From positions 1 through 52,003 of IMG/VR virus record IMGVR_UViG_3300015360_000006: DNA of 52,003 bases. The stretch is one strand, 5' to 3'. The position numbers and the translations under genes were made by a program. This stretch comes from a virus. Lineage: Duplodnaviria; Caudoviricetes. Below the pieces are notes generated by a model. It was given only the letters and a program-made list of their open reading frames with translations. It was not told where the DNA came from and searched no databases. Shown here one piece after another: positions 17,001 to 26,503 of the stretch. Positions within the stretch are counted from its first letter, which is position 1, and every line of letters starts with the position of its first letter.

Positions 17001-18853
17001 CGCTCTTCTCCCTGTTCCGGCCGCGCGGGCGGGCGCGCGTTAAACTTGTCGACAATCTTGCTGGATCCACCGCCGCGCAACATGACGTTTGACATGATGC
17101 GCCGAGCATCCTGTGCCGACGCCCGGCCCATCTTATAGCGCATGAACGAGCCGAAGTCATCTCGCCAAGAATCAGTGGTCTTGTCCAAGAAACGCTTGAC
17201 TACATCCTCGCCAACTCCCTGCACAAACTGCTCTTCCGGCACATTTGCAGCCTGCAACAGCGAGCGCATCTTGCGCTGCTCACCATAGTTTCCGTGATCC
17301 AGAACATCCAGGATCAGTGCGTGCGTCAGCTCGTGCGGCGCAGTATCGGTGTACGCATCGGTTGCCACATCAATGTTGCGTGCATTATTGCCAACACGTT
17401 TGACATCCGTGCGACCCGCGACCTGCGCGCCACTCTCATTGCGCGGCGTGCCGAAGCGCATCAGCGAACGAAAGTTCTCGCTAGCGTTGTCAGCCCACCA
17501 CTTATTCCAATTGCTGGAAGACTTCAAATTGCGGGTTGCATCCAGATGCCCCGGAGAGCTTTCGTCAGGAATCACAGGAGGCCGCTCAACTGAGGGAGCC
17601 TCTTGCGGCGGGCGCAGATTTTGCGCAGGCCGCTGATCTGGCGTATTGTCAAACGGTCTAGTGCCGGCAACACGTTGCTCAACTGTGCGCAGATCCCTAG
17701 GAATTCTGGAACCATCTGCGGCAAAGCCAGACTGCGTAGGAACTCCGCGTTCGAAAGTTCCAGTGGGTTCAAACGCACCGTGCATGGGCGCGCCCGATTG
17801 ATCCGCAAAAGGTTGCTCGCCGCGAATGGTGAATTGCTCGCCAGACTCGGCACTTTCAACCAAATTCTCAACCACGCGCGCACGAGGCGGCATGTTGTTA
17901 ACTTGATCAAAGGCAGGCGGCATTGTGCCTTCGGGCATAACTTCGCCAGTCGGCCCGCGCTTAGCCATACCTTCCATTACACCAAGCCTGCGCGCTTCTG
18001 CAAGATCGTTCTCGGTCCGACGTGCGATATCTTCACGCAGCTTGGCCGCCTGCTTGTCAAGCACAAATCGCCTAAGCAATGCCTCATTGGCGGCAGTTGC
18101 TTCCGGAGAAATACCAGCAGGTTCCGCAGGCGCCTGAGGAGGCGGTGCATTTAGATCGGCAGGATTGACTGCGCTATCCAGCGGAGTGTCCCTGACATGC
18201 CGTGTAATTCCGGGCAACCGCGCGCCCAGCCGCGTGGGCTGGTGCTGCGCTGCGCCAAGAAGCGCCGAGGTCAAAACAGACTGCACGTCGCCACCGCGCG
18301 CCATGTCGGTGCCGGCGCCAAGACCTCCGCCAATGACGATATTGTTAAACGCGGCCGACTGCGCCGGGCGCATGCCGAACGTACCGGCGCCAGAAGTAAG
18401 TGAGCGCAAACCAGCGAGCGCATCTTTGGTGACTCCAACGCTGGGGCGCATAAGCGCAAGCGACGAACCAACCTCGCCAACGGTTGACGCCGTTGGATTG
18501 CGAACCTGCCGCGCCTCTTGCCCAAGCTGCCACGACTTAGGATACAAAGCCTCTTCGATCTTATCTCCAATCCAACCGCCACCTGCACCGCCTGCAACAG
18601 AGCCAGTGATGGCACCCGCCACAGCTCCGGGTCCGCTAGGCGCCGTCACCAAGCCAGCGCCAAGTGCGCCGAGTCCTGCGCCCGCGACACCCATGACAGT
18701 GCTGGGAATATTGTACGCGGCAGCTTTGATTCCCGCCATCGTACTGCCATCCTGCGGCGAGTCGATGACATTGCCCTCGTCGTCGATCCAGTTCTTCGAT
18801 GGATCGTAGCCGTTGTCAACAAGGATCTTATACTTTTGTTGTGGTGTAATCAT
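14078..18853 (-). CDS. Large internal virion / DNA ejection protein (1591 aa)
   Basis: Last gene of the late arm; Gly/Ala-rich N-terminal hydrophobic hairpin, HELTH zincin-like motif, helical C-terminus. Confidence 0.75.
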   Translation of the reverse strand: MITPQQKYKILVDNGYDPSKNWIDDEGNVIDSPQDGSTMAGIKAAAYNIPSTVMGVAGAGLGALGAGLVTAPSGPGAVAGAITGSVAGGAGGGWIGDKIEEALYPKSWQLGQEARQVRNPTASTVGEVGSSLALMRPSVGVTKDALAGLRSLTSGAGTFGMRPAQSAAFNNIVIGGGLGAGTDMARGGDVQSVLTSALLGAAQHQPTRLGARLPGITRHVRDTPLDSAVNPADLNAPPPQAPAEPAGISPEATAANEALLRRFVLDKQAAKLREDIARRTENDLAEARRLGVMEGMAKRGPTGEVMPEGTMPPAFDQVNNMPPRARVVENLVESAESGEQFTIRGEQPFADQSGAPMHGAFEPTGTFERGVPTQSGFAADGSRIPRDLRTVEQRVAGTRPFDNTPDQRPAQNLRPPQEAPSVERPPVIPDESSPGHLDATRNLKSSSNWNKWWADNASENFRSLMRFGTPRNESGAQVAGRTDVKRVGNNARNIDVATDAYTDTAPHELTHALILDVLDHGNYGEQRKMRSLLQAANVPEEQFVQGVGEDVVKRFLDKTTDSWRDDFGSFMRYKMGRASAQDARRIMSNVMLRGGGSSKIVDKFNARPPARPEQGEERTDDPVPAAPDGSTRLEATTPEQPAQADTIVPEAVPAAEPPERKALPIAEEKAPSVAEEEAPVRVGEPDPYFYPDVEPFSVGKKLAKPAAAERKLLGHEPLNRSEPDRGGDLQRAREELAQVKRERDDLLKYSGESIPANARIAKANKAAAAESPADLENRRIEAKLAGEERPKYQEFGPNRSDKTYGDLPEAPSRISTSVFESATQAAARSSNPTVRYVGDKLSELFPAQRAMQGKYRTLPDTFEKLNTKDRDVLNRIMVDEDFNSVSGAATVPARLRGAYNDVRVTLKQMRVDQLAANHPREDGSMPRMDPFYFPNVIDPSVRKTLNSEIDSPRYKALRDEFIDYNTRSLMRSRKLTKTVAEGEATQLFERYVTDIGRTAVDDKFNFGSVGLPSGSKLPGHWMHSDVVAAMNQYVRSWSKSRTFFDTIRSDDRAMTALGQSEYFTKGKSTPVTFKDVPVAGDDNIKFLLNEASGVGAQKQDTITRSVGRLASTLWLANPITRMVDVATSPFKALGYVKPTQIAGLIGNLRNLNSSISRAHDTGWVKSGGNTVVGEVLGAGESFTNWLDKTSRTITKYTGSEKLEHLGRGLAQNSGEYIFRVNNALALAGDVKSTAFLDRVASNWRKLPEAEMGTRIGQLFQGKYDATNLPKWLSDSPAAPFFSLSRWNIEQWNNFREFAIKPARTGNYAPLITMIVSGMIGGVAVKEIRESMSGRKSRIANIDEMLAAPEGSAKYQEGVRYLGNLAQLTGTGGIMMEIGNMALQVAAKDKPQTPTMPAYELGSEVIPRAIAAARAIAEGQDPLTVVSAFANDLADGQVSFARFVKGVGGRTGLLEGAGEDLKDANSRRDLRVSKRLRDQDIREAPDMPIDYSKAEERDMERTRKKPEMMEKASELKSKIRKMPNSGDRTKAFASAAASRISYVPSKDNDPKEFRDHMKFVEATQGKDSVKALRERYLRDLVLAERRRAYFKQ

Positions 18854-18867
18854 GATTATTTGTGAGG

Positions 18868-20136
18868 TTAGTTGGCACTAGCCTTCTTCTTCTTCGATCG
18901 CTTATTCAGAATGTACTTCTCACGCAACTCATGGTTTTCCGACATCTTTGCATTCTGATCATCAAGCTTCAACTGGTCTACAAATGGCTGTACGTTCTTG
19001 TCGTATACCTTTCGGATGCTGTTAACAGGGCCTCCGAATTGCTGTTCAGCCATGGCAGAGATCAAACTTTTAATGCCCCTAACACCTCCCTGAAAGGCAT
19101 TACCTTCGGGCTCTTGTGTAAGTCCAGCTTGTGTAGCTGCCTCAACGTCTCTCCTGACTCCGTCAGGATCTCCGGCCGCGGCAGGATTTGCAGGTTGCGT
19201 GAGATCCGTGATATGTTCGGTAGTCACCGCGCCCGTGTCAGGATTCACCCGTGTGATAGTGCCATTAGGATTAAACCTTACACCTGGGATATTTCCAATA
19301 CTGCCATCACCACTAGCCGCGCCACGGCCACCACCACGGCCACTTGTACCATTAATAGGCAGGCCATAAATGTCAAGCCTCCCCTGTTCAAAATCGCGTT
19401 GATCATCAATACGTTGGCCCTGATCATCAATACGTCGGCCTTGATTGTCATTCCTCTCTTGACCAAGCTTATTAAGAAACTCATTGCGTTGCCTGTTCGT
19501 CGCATCGGTCTGAGTGGCAATATTCAATGCCTGCGTTCGGTCAAGATCAGCTGTGTCCACGCGACCTTTAACTTCTTCACGCACTTGTGCCAATCGAGCA
19601 GCATTATTGCTTGTAGCAAGCTCCATTGCTCTGCCATGATCGGCAGCTTGAAGACCTTGCTGCATCATATTACTCTCCCGGGCTCCAGATCGCGCATTGT
19701 TCAGCGCATTGGACTGGTCACCCAGAAACGTGCGCCACCAACCGGCAGTCTTGTACTTGTCAACATTGGCCATAGGATCGCTGGCAAGGGTTGCCAACGA
19801 AGCCTCATTCACACGAGGCCTAAGAAACGATGGGACATCGATGTTGCCCCTTGCAGGGTTACCGATCTTAATACGTGAAGCTCCATCGACAACACCTTCG
19901 GCTTGCTGCATGGTGCGCGGGCCAGCGGCCGCCGCCGGACTACCCATCGCCAACGATGCAAGGCCGCCCATGTCCGCACGCTGCTGGGGCTTTGAATCAA
20001 ACGCAATCTTTTGCGCTTGGGCAAGAGTTTGCGCCGACTGCTGGCCACCATTGGTCGACATCCAGTTAAAAATTTGCTCCCAGCTAGGCTGATTTTCAAC
20101 TGGAGCCTGTTTTCGTTTTGAATACTGAGCACTCAT
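18868..20136 (-). CDS. Putative internal virion / ejection protein
   Basis: Q/A/G-rich coiled protein located between the pilot and the large ejection protein. Confidence 0.6.
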   Translation of the reverse strand: MSAQYSKRKQAPVENQPSWEQIFNWMSTNGGQQSAQTLAQAQKIAFDSKPQQRADMGGLASLAMGSPAAAAGPRTMQQAEGVVDGASRIKIGNPARGNIDVPSFLRPRVNEASLATLASDPMANVDKYKTAGWWRTFLGDQSNALNNARSGARESNMMQQGLQAADHGRAMELATSNNAARLAQVREEVKGRVDTADLDRTQALNIATQTDATNRQRNEFLNKLGQERNDNQGRRIDDQGQRIDDQRDFEQGRLDIYGLPINGTSGRGGGRGAASGDGSIGNIPGVRFNPNGTITRVNPDTGAVTTEHITDLTQPANPAAAGDPDGVRRDVEAATQAGLTQEPEGNAFQGGVRGIKSLISAMAEQQFGGPVNSIRKVYDKNVQPFVDQLKLDDQNAKMSENHELREKYILNKRSKKKKASAN

Positions 20137-20477
20137 ACGTGAATAAAGTCTTCCGATGCACTAACAGGTGTATCATCATGTGACTGAAATGATACGAAAA
20201 TCAAAGGTTTAACCGTGCTTAACCAATGCGGAGCATGTGCCGGCACTTTGTGCACGCGGAACATGCGCCAAGAAATGGTTTTACCGGCACAGTGCACAGT
20301 GGCACCGTAGCCGGCAAGCAACACAAACCAACTGGAAAATCCGTGAGTGTGTGCCGGCACTTCAGTGCGCGCCGGCATATACCAGAACTCTAGGGATTTA
20401 CCGAAGCCCAACCTTAATTGAGCCCCTCGACAGGTTCGCCATTGCGTGAACCTAGCAAACTGAAAAAGCCAAGCCAT
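20133..20477 (-). CDS. Cupin-domain protein
   Basis: Cupin motif 1 (EVPAHTH) and motif 2 (VPAHAPHW); ATGA overlap with the next gene. Confidence 0.65.
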   Translation of the reverse strand: MAWLFQFARFTQWRTCRGAQLRLGFGKSLEFWYMPARTEVPAHTHGFSSWFVLLAGYGATVHCAGKTISWRMFRVHKVPAHAPHWLSTVKPLIFVSFQSHDDTPVSASEDFIHV

Positions 20478-21577
20478 AATTTTTGTAGCGGATGGAACAC
20501 CCATCCGTATGTGTTGAGCTTTGCAAGCCAAGCCGCGTGACGCGTCATGGGATCTACGAATGTAAGATCTACAAGCTTTCTAATGACTCTTGACTTCTGC
20601 ATCAAGGGTACCATAACGCAGGAAAACTGTCGATACCCTTCGTAGCGCGCAGGCGTGTAGTGCGCATCGCGTGACGCACGAATGTACCAAGGCAAACCGT
20701 CCGGGAACTTTTCAGTGAACTCACGGAAAGTCCAACAGCAACTTGGCAGAGATCCCATGACCTGACTAAAGTTATCAATGAAGCTCTTCTTCGTAGCCAG
20801 ATTGTTCTGCTTGTTGCCTGCAAAAGTACCAGCTTGCTGCAAGAGCTGGCCACCCATTCCCATGGTCTTATCGCCCACTCCGGTCACGCCGCCAAACTGC
20901 CCAAGCCCTGCGTTGGGCTGCGAGGCGCGGCCAGTGGTCAATTGTAACGCATCGATCCCAGTGCGGAATGCAGGCATCGCTCCGGCCGCACTGCCTACGG
21001 CTTGGCCAATTGCGTTCTGCTTCTGTTGCTTGCGCGCTTGGCCTGCGCTGCCCATTTTCATCGCAGCCTCAAGTGTGGACTGCTGCGTGGCGTCGGCATT
21101 GCCGCGCGAGAAATTGTCGCGCGCCAGCGAGCGCGTAGTCTCTTCGCGTTCGGCGCCAGACAAGCCAGTGGTTGGACTATCGAGTGACGCAAACAACTTG
21201 GTGAGCGCATCGCCTGACTGCTCACGCGATTTGAAGAACTCAGGATCAAGTTCCTTTTGAGTAAGCAGAGTCTCGCGCGCAAGATCCCGCCCAGTGCCCG
21301 ACATGAGACTGAGATCGCTCTCAGCTTGCCCTTGCGCTTGCTGCCTATTTTGATCGATGCCAAGTCTAGTAAACTTGGGCATGAACTCATCGGAGAGATC
21401 ATAGCTAAGCTTCGCCTGACCGGGCGCAATCTCTCGCTGAGCATCCAACTGCGAACGCTCCATAGGCAGAATGTTCTGTCCCATGATACGAGTTAGCTCA
21501 GGCATGTGCTTAGCCCACGCCTGCATCATATCGTCCGTTGTCTCCCCTGAGCCCTTGTATTCTGGTCCTCCTCCCAT
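20414..21577 (-). CDS. Putative pilot/ejection protein with C-terminal CCW...RD...GY domain
   Basis: Starts MGGG, Q/G/A-rich; position after the tail genes. Confidence 0.6.
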   Translation of the reverse strand: MGGGPEYKGSGETTDDMMQAWAKHMPELTRIMGQNILPMERSQLDAQREIAPGQAKLSYDLSDEFMPKFTRLGIDQNRQQAQGQAESDLSLMSGTGRDLARETLLTQKELDPEFFKSREQSGDALTKLFASLDSPTTGLSGAEREETTRSLARDNFSRGNADATQQSTLEAAMKMGSAGQARKQQKQNAIGQAVGSAAGAMPAFRTGIDALQLTTGRASQPNAGLGQFGGVTGVGDKTMGMGGQLLQQAGTFAGNKQNNLATKKSFIDNFSQVMGSLPSCCWTFREFTEKFPDGLPWYIRASRDAHYTPARYEGYRQFSCVMVPLMQKSRVIRKLVDLTFVDPMTRHAAWLAKLNTYGWVFHPLQKLWLGFFSLLGSRNGEPVEGLN

Positions 21578-21578
21578 A

Positions 21579-22022
21579 TTAGTTCTGGTTAAAATTTTGT
21601 TGGTTGTGCCTACGCTTTAGAACTCCATTACGATAATAGCTCAACGCATAGAACGGATACTTATCCTTCCACTCATTAAGCATTATGTACATAAAATCTT
21701 TTGTTCCGACAATTCCAATTAGATGAACTGCCCGATCTTCGTGCCTGACTTCCCACGTTGCGACACTTGTTATCGCAAACGGAGGTGCACTGTAAATGAA
21801 TCTGATCTGCCCTGAAAAAGATGCCTCTATCAGGTGCGCTTTAAGTTGTACATCGTTGAGCTGATTGTAAGCTTTCTTATCATTAGCTTTGATAAACGCC
21901 ACACAACCTTCGATCAGCGCCTTAGGTGAGGTAACGATCTCGTACTGTACCTCCTGAATTAACGAATTCCCATGTACACCGAAGGGGTCCAGCAGCGACT
22001 CTGAGATAGCCATATTCAGCAA
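21579..22022 (-). CDS. Hypothetical virion-assembly protein (start uncertain)
   Basis: Fills the gap between nozzle and pilot genes; overlaps the 3' end of the nozzle gene. Confidence 0.55.
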   Translation of the reverse strand: MLNMAISESLLDPFGVHGNSLIQEVQYEIVTSPKALIEGCVAFIKANDKKAYNQLNDVQLKAHLIEASFSGQIRFIYSAPPFAITSVATWEVRHEDRAVHLIGIVGTKDFMYIMLNEWKDKYPFYALSYYRNGVLKRRHNQQNFNQN

Positions 22023-24354
22023 TTTGTTTCATTGATCCATCTGCTAGGACCGTGCTAATGGAGTGTAATGCTTGACCGCCAGATCCCACAATAAAGATTG
22101 GCAGATGCTTGTTAAGTCGTTCGTACAGGTGCGCGTGACCGCAAACCAGCGCAGACGCTCCGGCGTCGGCAATCGCTTCAGTAAGCGGTTGCATTGTGGT
22201 AATGCCCGGATAATAGGCCGCCGATGAAGTATAGGGCGGATGATGCCAGACTACAATCTTGTTGCGTGCGGTAGAGGCGCGCAGATCGGCCAACAATTCC
22301 CTAGCTTGGGATGACTCAAGATATGTCGCACCGTCCGAATTGCGCGGATCTGTCTGGGCGCCACTGGTTTTAATACCCGTGTTGAACAGAAAGATCTCCG
22401 TGTGCGCATCAAGCATTACAGTTGAATAACGCTCTGGCGTTTGGCGGACATACTGAAAGAATGGCGCACCATCACTGGTATCTAGGTCATGATTACCCGG
22501 TGCGGCATACAACTTACCGGCAAGCTTCTCTGTATTCCAGTAAGCTTTGAATCGCAAGTCAAGTTCGGCCTGCGTGCCCGAGTTGTAAATGTGATCGCCT
22601 GCGCCCACGTAAGCGTCTACATTACGTTCGGCGCGCATCGCCATATTCACAAGTGTGCGATTTGTATTCACCACACCGTCATCTGCGAAGAACAAAATCT
22701 TCAATGGATCGATAGTCTCGCCTGAACCGTAGGACGATCCTTCATTGCTTACGCCGGGGTAAGTTTCCACTTCAAATCTGATTGTCGAAAGTCTAGCGGA
22801 ACCCGACCAACGAATGACAGGCGTGGTGCGATATGCGCGTTCGGGAACACCGAAAGTAAAGTTCAGCGTCGTAGCGTCGGGAACCAAAGTGCCCGGAGTA
22901 ATTGGCCGCGCAGACGGATCCTCGACGACGTTGGCGGCCTTGAGTAATTCGGTTTGCGACGAGATCAATTTGCGATCTGCATAGATGTCTACCGTGATGT
23001 GACCTGCCGTGTCGCCATTCAACATTGCGATCGACACGCCGCGCACACTGGTCAAGACATCGGCATCTGTAAGTGTTACATCCTGTAAAGTTATCTGCTG
23101 CTCACCATAGTCGCCAGCAAAAGCCTTGAACAGGAAGCCATCGTCTGTGCGGAAGTAGAGTTCGTTGACAGTTGCGGAGATAACTGTGGCAAACTCTACG
23201 ATTTTGCTCACACCGGGCCAGATGTCCACTGCGACAAACACTTCAAGTGTTTGATCCCACCAAACAACACCGGGTCCATACTTGGTGTCTACCGCAAATC
23301 CGGTGTAGTTGTCAAATTGACAGGTCGCACCAGTGGTTTGCAGTCCATTGGTTGTAAGATTCTGGATCTGCTTGTTGAGTGGTGAGTTGCGGCCTTGAAA
23401 CTTCAACTGCTGCACACCATTGTAGGTGCGAATACCGCCGGGATACACCACGGCCGTGTCACCGTTGATGTCAGTGATAGATTCGGGACCAAAGGCGCCC
23501 ACGTCAAACAAAGGTTGACGAGTGTGCACAGGTTCACCTGCGATCAGGATGTCAAAGACAGGAATAACTAGCGTGGAAGCTTTGGCAGAAGTAACCAAAA
23601 ATGCTCCGTCGGCCGCGGCAGGTTGCACGATCGCAGTGATTGGATCATAGCCTGTGTGGAACCGGAGCGCGGGCGCCCCAAATTCAGGTTCAGTGCTGCC
23701 TGCCTTGTCGCCGGCATCATTTACCAGCAGGACAAAATCCAGCGGCCGACCGGACACCGAATGCGCAATCTGAGTAAGCCTGCCATCTGAATCCTTAATG
23801 GCAACATACAGCTTACTGCCAATCATCTTAGGCAGATCGCAAACCGGAACATACTCACGATTAGTTGGCGTCCACTCAGACCAATTATTCGTGGCACGCA
23901 CCGAGCCATCAGGAAAGATAACAAGCGGCTGAGAGATGCCGTCTGTACAGATAACCGCCGACCGGGTCGAGCCGACAGGTGAACTGAAATTCAAAGATGC
24001 GTTTGACAGGACACGCTTGAAATTTACAGAACTTCCCGGAATTGCTTCAACCCTTACACGCTCTGCGGTAGGAGAGAGGCTTCCACCGACGGCGCGTGTC
24101 CAAGATGTTCCGGACGCGGGACGATACCAAGGTTCGCCTTCGACAAAGATTAGGAGATTTGAATCGAATGCTGACAAGTTTTGGATCGTCCCGGCCGGAA
24201 AAGTTAGACGCAGAGGCGAGCGCACAGGCTCAACTACATTCAATCGCACACGAGCATTCGTCAGCAATTGAAACGTGTTATCAAAATCAGACTTCTCCGA
24301 AGAGAACTGAGTTTGAATGCCTCCGAGAAAGTTAGTCTTCGATTTGATTACCAT
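21922..24354 (-). CDS. Tail nozzle/stabilisation-like protein fused to a C-terminal calcineurin-like metallophosphoesterase
   Basis: N-terminal NFLGG.....L.NAR beta-rich region in the tail-tube-B position; C-terminal ADDG, GDHIY, GNHD, HHPPY, GHAHLYER, VGSGG. Confidence 0.8.
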   Translation of the reverse strand: MVIKSKTNFLGGIQTQFSSEKSDFDNTFQLLTNARVRLNVVEPVRSPLRLTFPAGTIQNLSAFDSNLLIFVEGEPWYRPASGTSWTRAVGGSLSPTAERVRVEAIPGSSVNFKRVLSNASLNFSSPVGSTRSAVICTDGISQPLVIFPDGSVRATNNWSEWTPTNREYVPVCDLPKMIGSKLYVAIKDSDGRLTQIAHSVSGRPLDFVLLVNDAGDKAGSTEPEFGAPALRFHTGYDPITAIVQPAAADGAFLVTSAKASTLVIPVFDILIAGEPVHTRQPLFDVGAFGPESITDINGDTAVVYPGGIRTYNGVQQLKFQGRNSPLNKQIQNLTTNGLQTTGATCQFDNYTGFAVDTKYGPGVVWWDQTLEVFVAVDIWPGVSKIVEFATVISATVNELYFRTDDGFLFKAFAGDYGEQQITLQDVTLTDADVLTSVRGVSIAMLNGDTAGHITVDIYADRKLISSQTELLKAANVVEDPSARPITPGTLVPDATTLNFTFGVPERAYRTTPVIRWSGSARLSTIRFEVETYPGVSNEGSSYGSGETIDPLKILFFADDGVVNTNRTLVNMAMRAERNVDAYVGAGDHIYNSGTQAELDLRFKAYWNTEKLAGKLYAAPGNHDLDTSDGAPFFQYVRQTPERYSTVMLDAHTEIFLFNTGIKTSGAQTDPRNSDGATYLESSQARELLADLRASTARNKIVVWHHPPYTSSAAYYPGITTMQPLTEAIADAGASALVCGHAHLYERLNKHLPIFIVGSGGQALHSISTVLADGSMKQIAEYGYLRVAAGPLRCTWEFVNSGGTVRDRYLT

Positions 24355-25337
24355 ACACGTGAGTTCTCGAAGTTTTCTTTGTAACCGCTTGACAGGAATG
24401 CATACTCGCCCGGCATCTTATCCAGGGTCATAATAGTTATCACTTCGGCCGCAGCGTTCGCCAATACGTCGGCCGCCACGCTGTTCGCTTTCGCCTCGGC
24501 AGCCATCGATTGGAGTCGCGCCTCCTCGTCCTTCGCCATCGAGTGCCCGTAGGCGCGAGCCTTCCAAAGAATTGCTGTTTCGAGCGCAGGGAAGCAAAAC
24601 TCATCTGTGTCATAAAACATTGGCGTGAACACACGCTTGTACAAAACCTCAATCTCGCTGTCAGTGTTGATATAGGTACCAATCGAATAGTCATTGGCCA
24701 TGAGCACAATGTGACTCGCACGCATGAGGCGCGCGGGAATCAAAGACACTTCAGTGCCAGAACCATCTGTCACGGATACATCACACGTAGTAATGGCATC
24801 CTTGGAAATTGCCTCTACGCCGATCGGCTCATCTTTGGCAAACTGTGCAACGGTAGTTTTAGTCAACTCACCTGCAAGAAACGTAAGCGTCTCAGAAATA
24901 CTGGACGCCGACGGCGTTTGCCCCGTGATTGTAACAGAGAATGGAACCACTTGCGCGACGGCAATGGTAGCGGTAAGCTGGGATTCGAGCGCAAGCGGCG
25001 TGTGCAACGCACGGCGCGCAGTGATGCGCAAGGTATTGTAGGGCTGCTGCCAGCGATCGGTGTGATACCTTACGGCCAAACTCTCCATCTTACTGCGCGA
25101 GCGCGAATCTGCACGCCTGACGGCGCGCACCTGATCAATGTACCAAGGCAAAGAGATCTGCTGCTGCTGTTCGTGAATCTCAAAAGATTGCTCCCAAAGC
25201 GACGAAGGAAGATCGGCAGTCGAATAGAACTCATACGCCGCGCGATTGATATAACGCAGCAGCTGAGCACGATTGCCGGCGGAGCTACTCGAAATTGAAG
25301 TAGCCTCTGAAAGTTCTGCTAGTAGATCGCGGAGCAT
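24348..25337 (-). CDS. Head-tail adaptor / tail tubular protein A-like
   Basis: LLRYINRAAYEFY N-terminus; position before the nozzle. Confidence 0.6.
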   Translation of the reverse strand: MLRDLLAELSEATSISSSSAGNRAQLLRYINRAAYEFYSTADLPSSLWEQSFEIHEQQQQISLPWYIDQVRAVRRADSRSRSKMESLAVRYHTDRWQQPYNTLRITARRALHTPLALESQLTATIAVAQVVPFSVTITGQTPSASSISETLTFLAGELTKTTVAQFAKDEPIGVEAISKDAITTCDVSVTDGSGTEVSLIPARLMRASHIVLMANDYSIGTYINTDSEIEVLYKRVFTPMFYDTDEFCFPALETAILWKARAYGHSMAKDEEARLQSMAAEAKANSVAADVLANAAAEVITIMTLDKMPGEYAFLSSGYKENFENSRVW

Positions 25338-25338
25338 A

Positions 25339-26502
25339 TTAAATGATTATGACGTTGAAATCCCAAGGCCCTGTAGATCCCGAGCTGGTTGCGTATATGT
25401 CCACATACGTTGTAGTTTTGGTCACGATAGGCTCAGTTACAATAGAACCTCCGGCTCCTACATGAGGCAAACAAGCATAGGTAGCTGTCAGCATAGCAGT
25501 AGTAAATGTCAAGCGAGCAGCATTACCAACAACCGACACTGACGCGATATTAAATCCAGCCGTAAGTGTCGCTATGGTAACGCCGCTGACATTGACATTA
25601 ATTGCAACACTGGCCGACGCTTTGACCAAACCTGCGATACTGCGAACATTAGCCGGAGCAATAGCTTTTGCCGTCTCAGTTCCAGCCTCAACCTCACTCG
25701 CATTTGCAAACGATGTCCCAACAGGTGTCGGAATAGCCAACGTCACAGCTTTCAACTCACCCGTTGCATCATACTGCAAGTACTTCCCGGTATCTCCGAC
25801 TACTTTGGCAACCTTTTGCAGGGCCAAACTATAATCCGCAATCGCACTAGTCGGCGCGGCCCAAATGACAGCAGTCCCGGCAGCATTAGTGGTAAGGACC
25901 TGATTAGCTGAACCCCTCGTGAGATAGTCAGGAGGAATCTCGTTAGTGCCGAACAGCGCAAGAAGCGTGGCAGAGTCAAGAATTTCCCACGTAACCGTAG
26001 TACCATTCGACGCGAGATACTTACTACCAACCAAACCACTGATCAGCTTGTTCGTGGCAACGGAAGCATTGGCCAGAGCATTGGCCAGCGTGGCAAACTG
26101 AAATCCAGTACCCGGTGTGTTAACCTGCAAAACTTGCAGCGGAGTGCTGCCTGCCGTGGAAAGCTTGGCAATCTGAATCGTGCCGTCAGCAATCATCGCG
26201 TTGATAATTGTGCCAGTGCCGGGCTTGGCAACACCAAGCGCCCAAGTAGTGCCATTGAATTGAAAGATCTCGCCAGTGGAAGGCTTAAACCACAGACAGC
26301 GCCGGTGCCACTGGTACCAGTTAGTGGCATAACCAGAAGGCTGTCCAGTCGAGGCGGGTGTGGTCTCGGAGTAGATCACCATTCCGCGATACGAACTCGG
26401 AAGTGCAAGCTCAATGGCTTGCTCAATTAGCGCCGCATGTGCGCCAAGCGTGGGCGTCAAATCGGCACCCGTATCGAAAGATTTTTCTTCAGCTGTAGGC
26501 AT
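25339..26502 (-). CDS. Tail fibre protein
   Basis: Repeats of I.D.SI...KL and G...QVL....G; LWFKPSTG; beta-rich tip. Confidence 0.7.
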   Translation of the reverse strand: MPTAEEKSFDTGADLTPTLGAHAALIEQAIELALPSSYRGMVIYSETTPASTGQPSGYATNWYQWHRRCLWFKPSTGEIFQFNGTTWALGVAKPGTGTIINAMIADGTIQIAKLSTAGSTPLQVLQVNTPGTGFQFATLANALANASVATNKLISGLVGSKYLASNGTTVTWEILDSATLLALFGTNEIPPDYLTRGSANQVLTTNAAGTAVIWAAPTSAIADYSLALQKVAKVVGDTGKYLQYDATGELKAVTLAIPTPVGTSFANASEVEAGTETAKAIAPANVRSIAGLVKASASVAINVNVSGVTIATLTAGFNIASVSVVGNAARLTFTTAMLTATYACLPHVGAGGSIVTEPIVTKTTTYVDIYATSSGSTGPWDFNVIII

Positions 26503-26503
26503 A

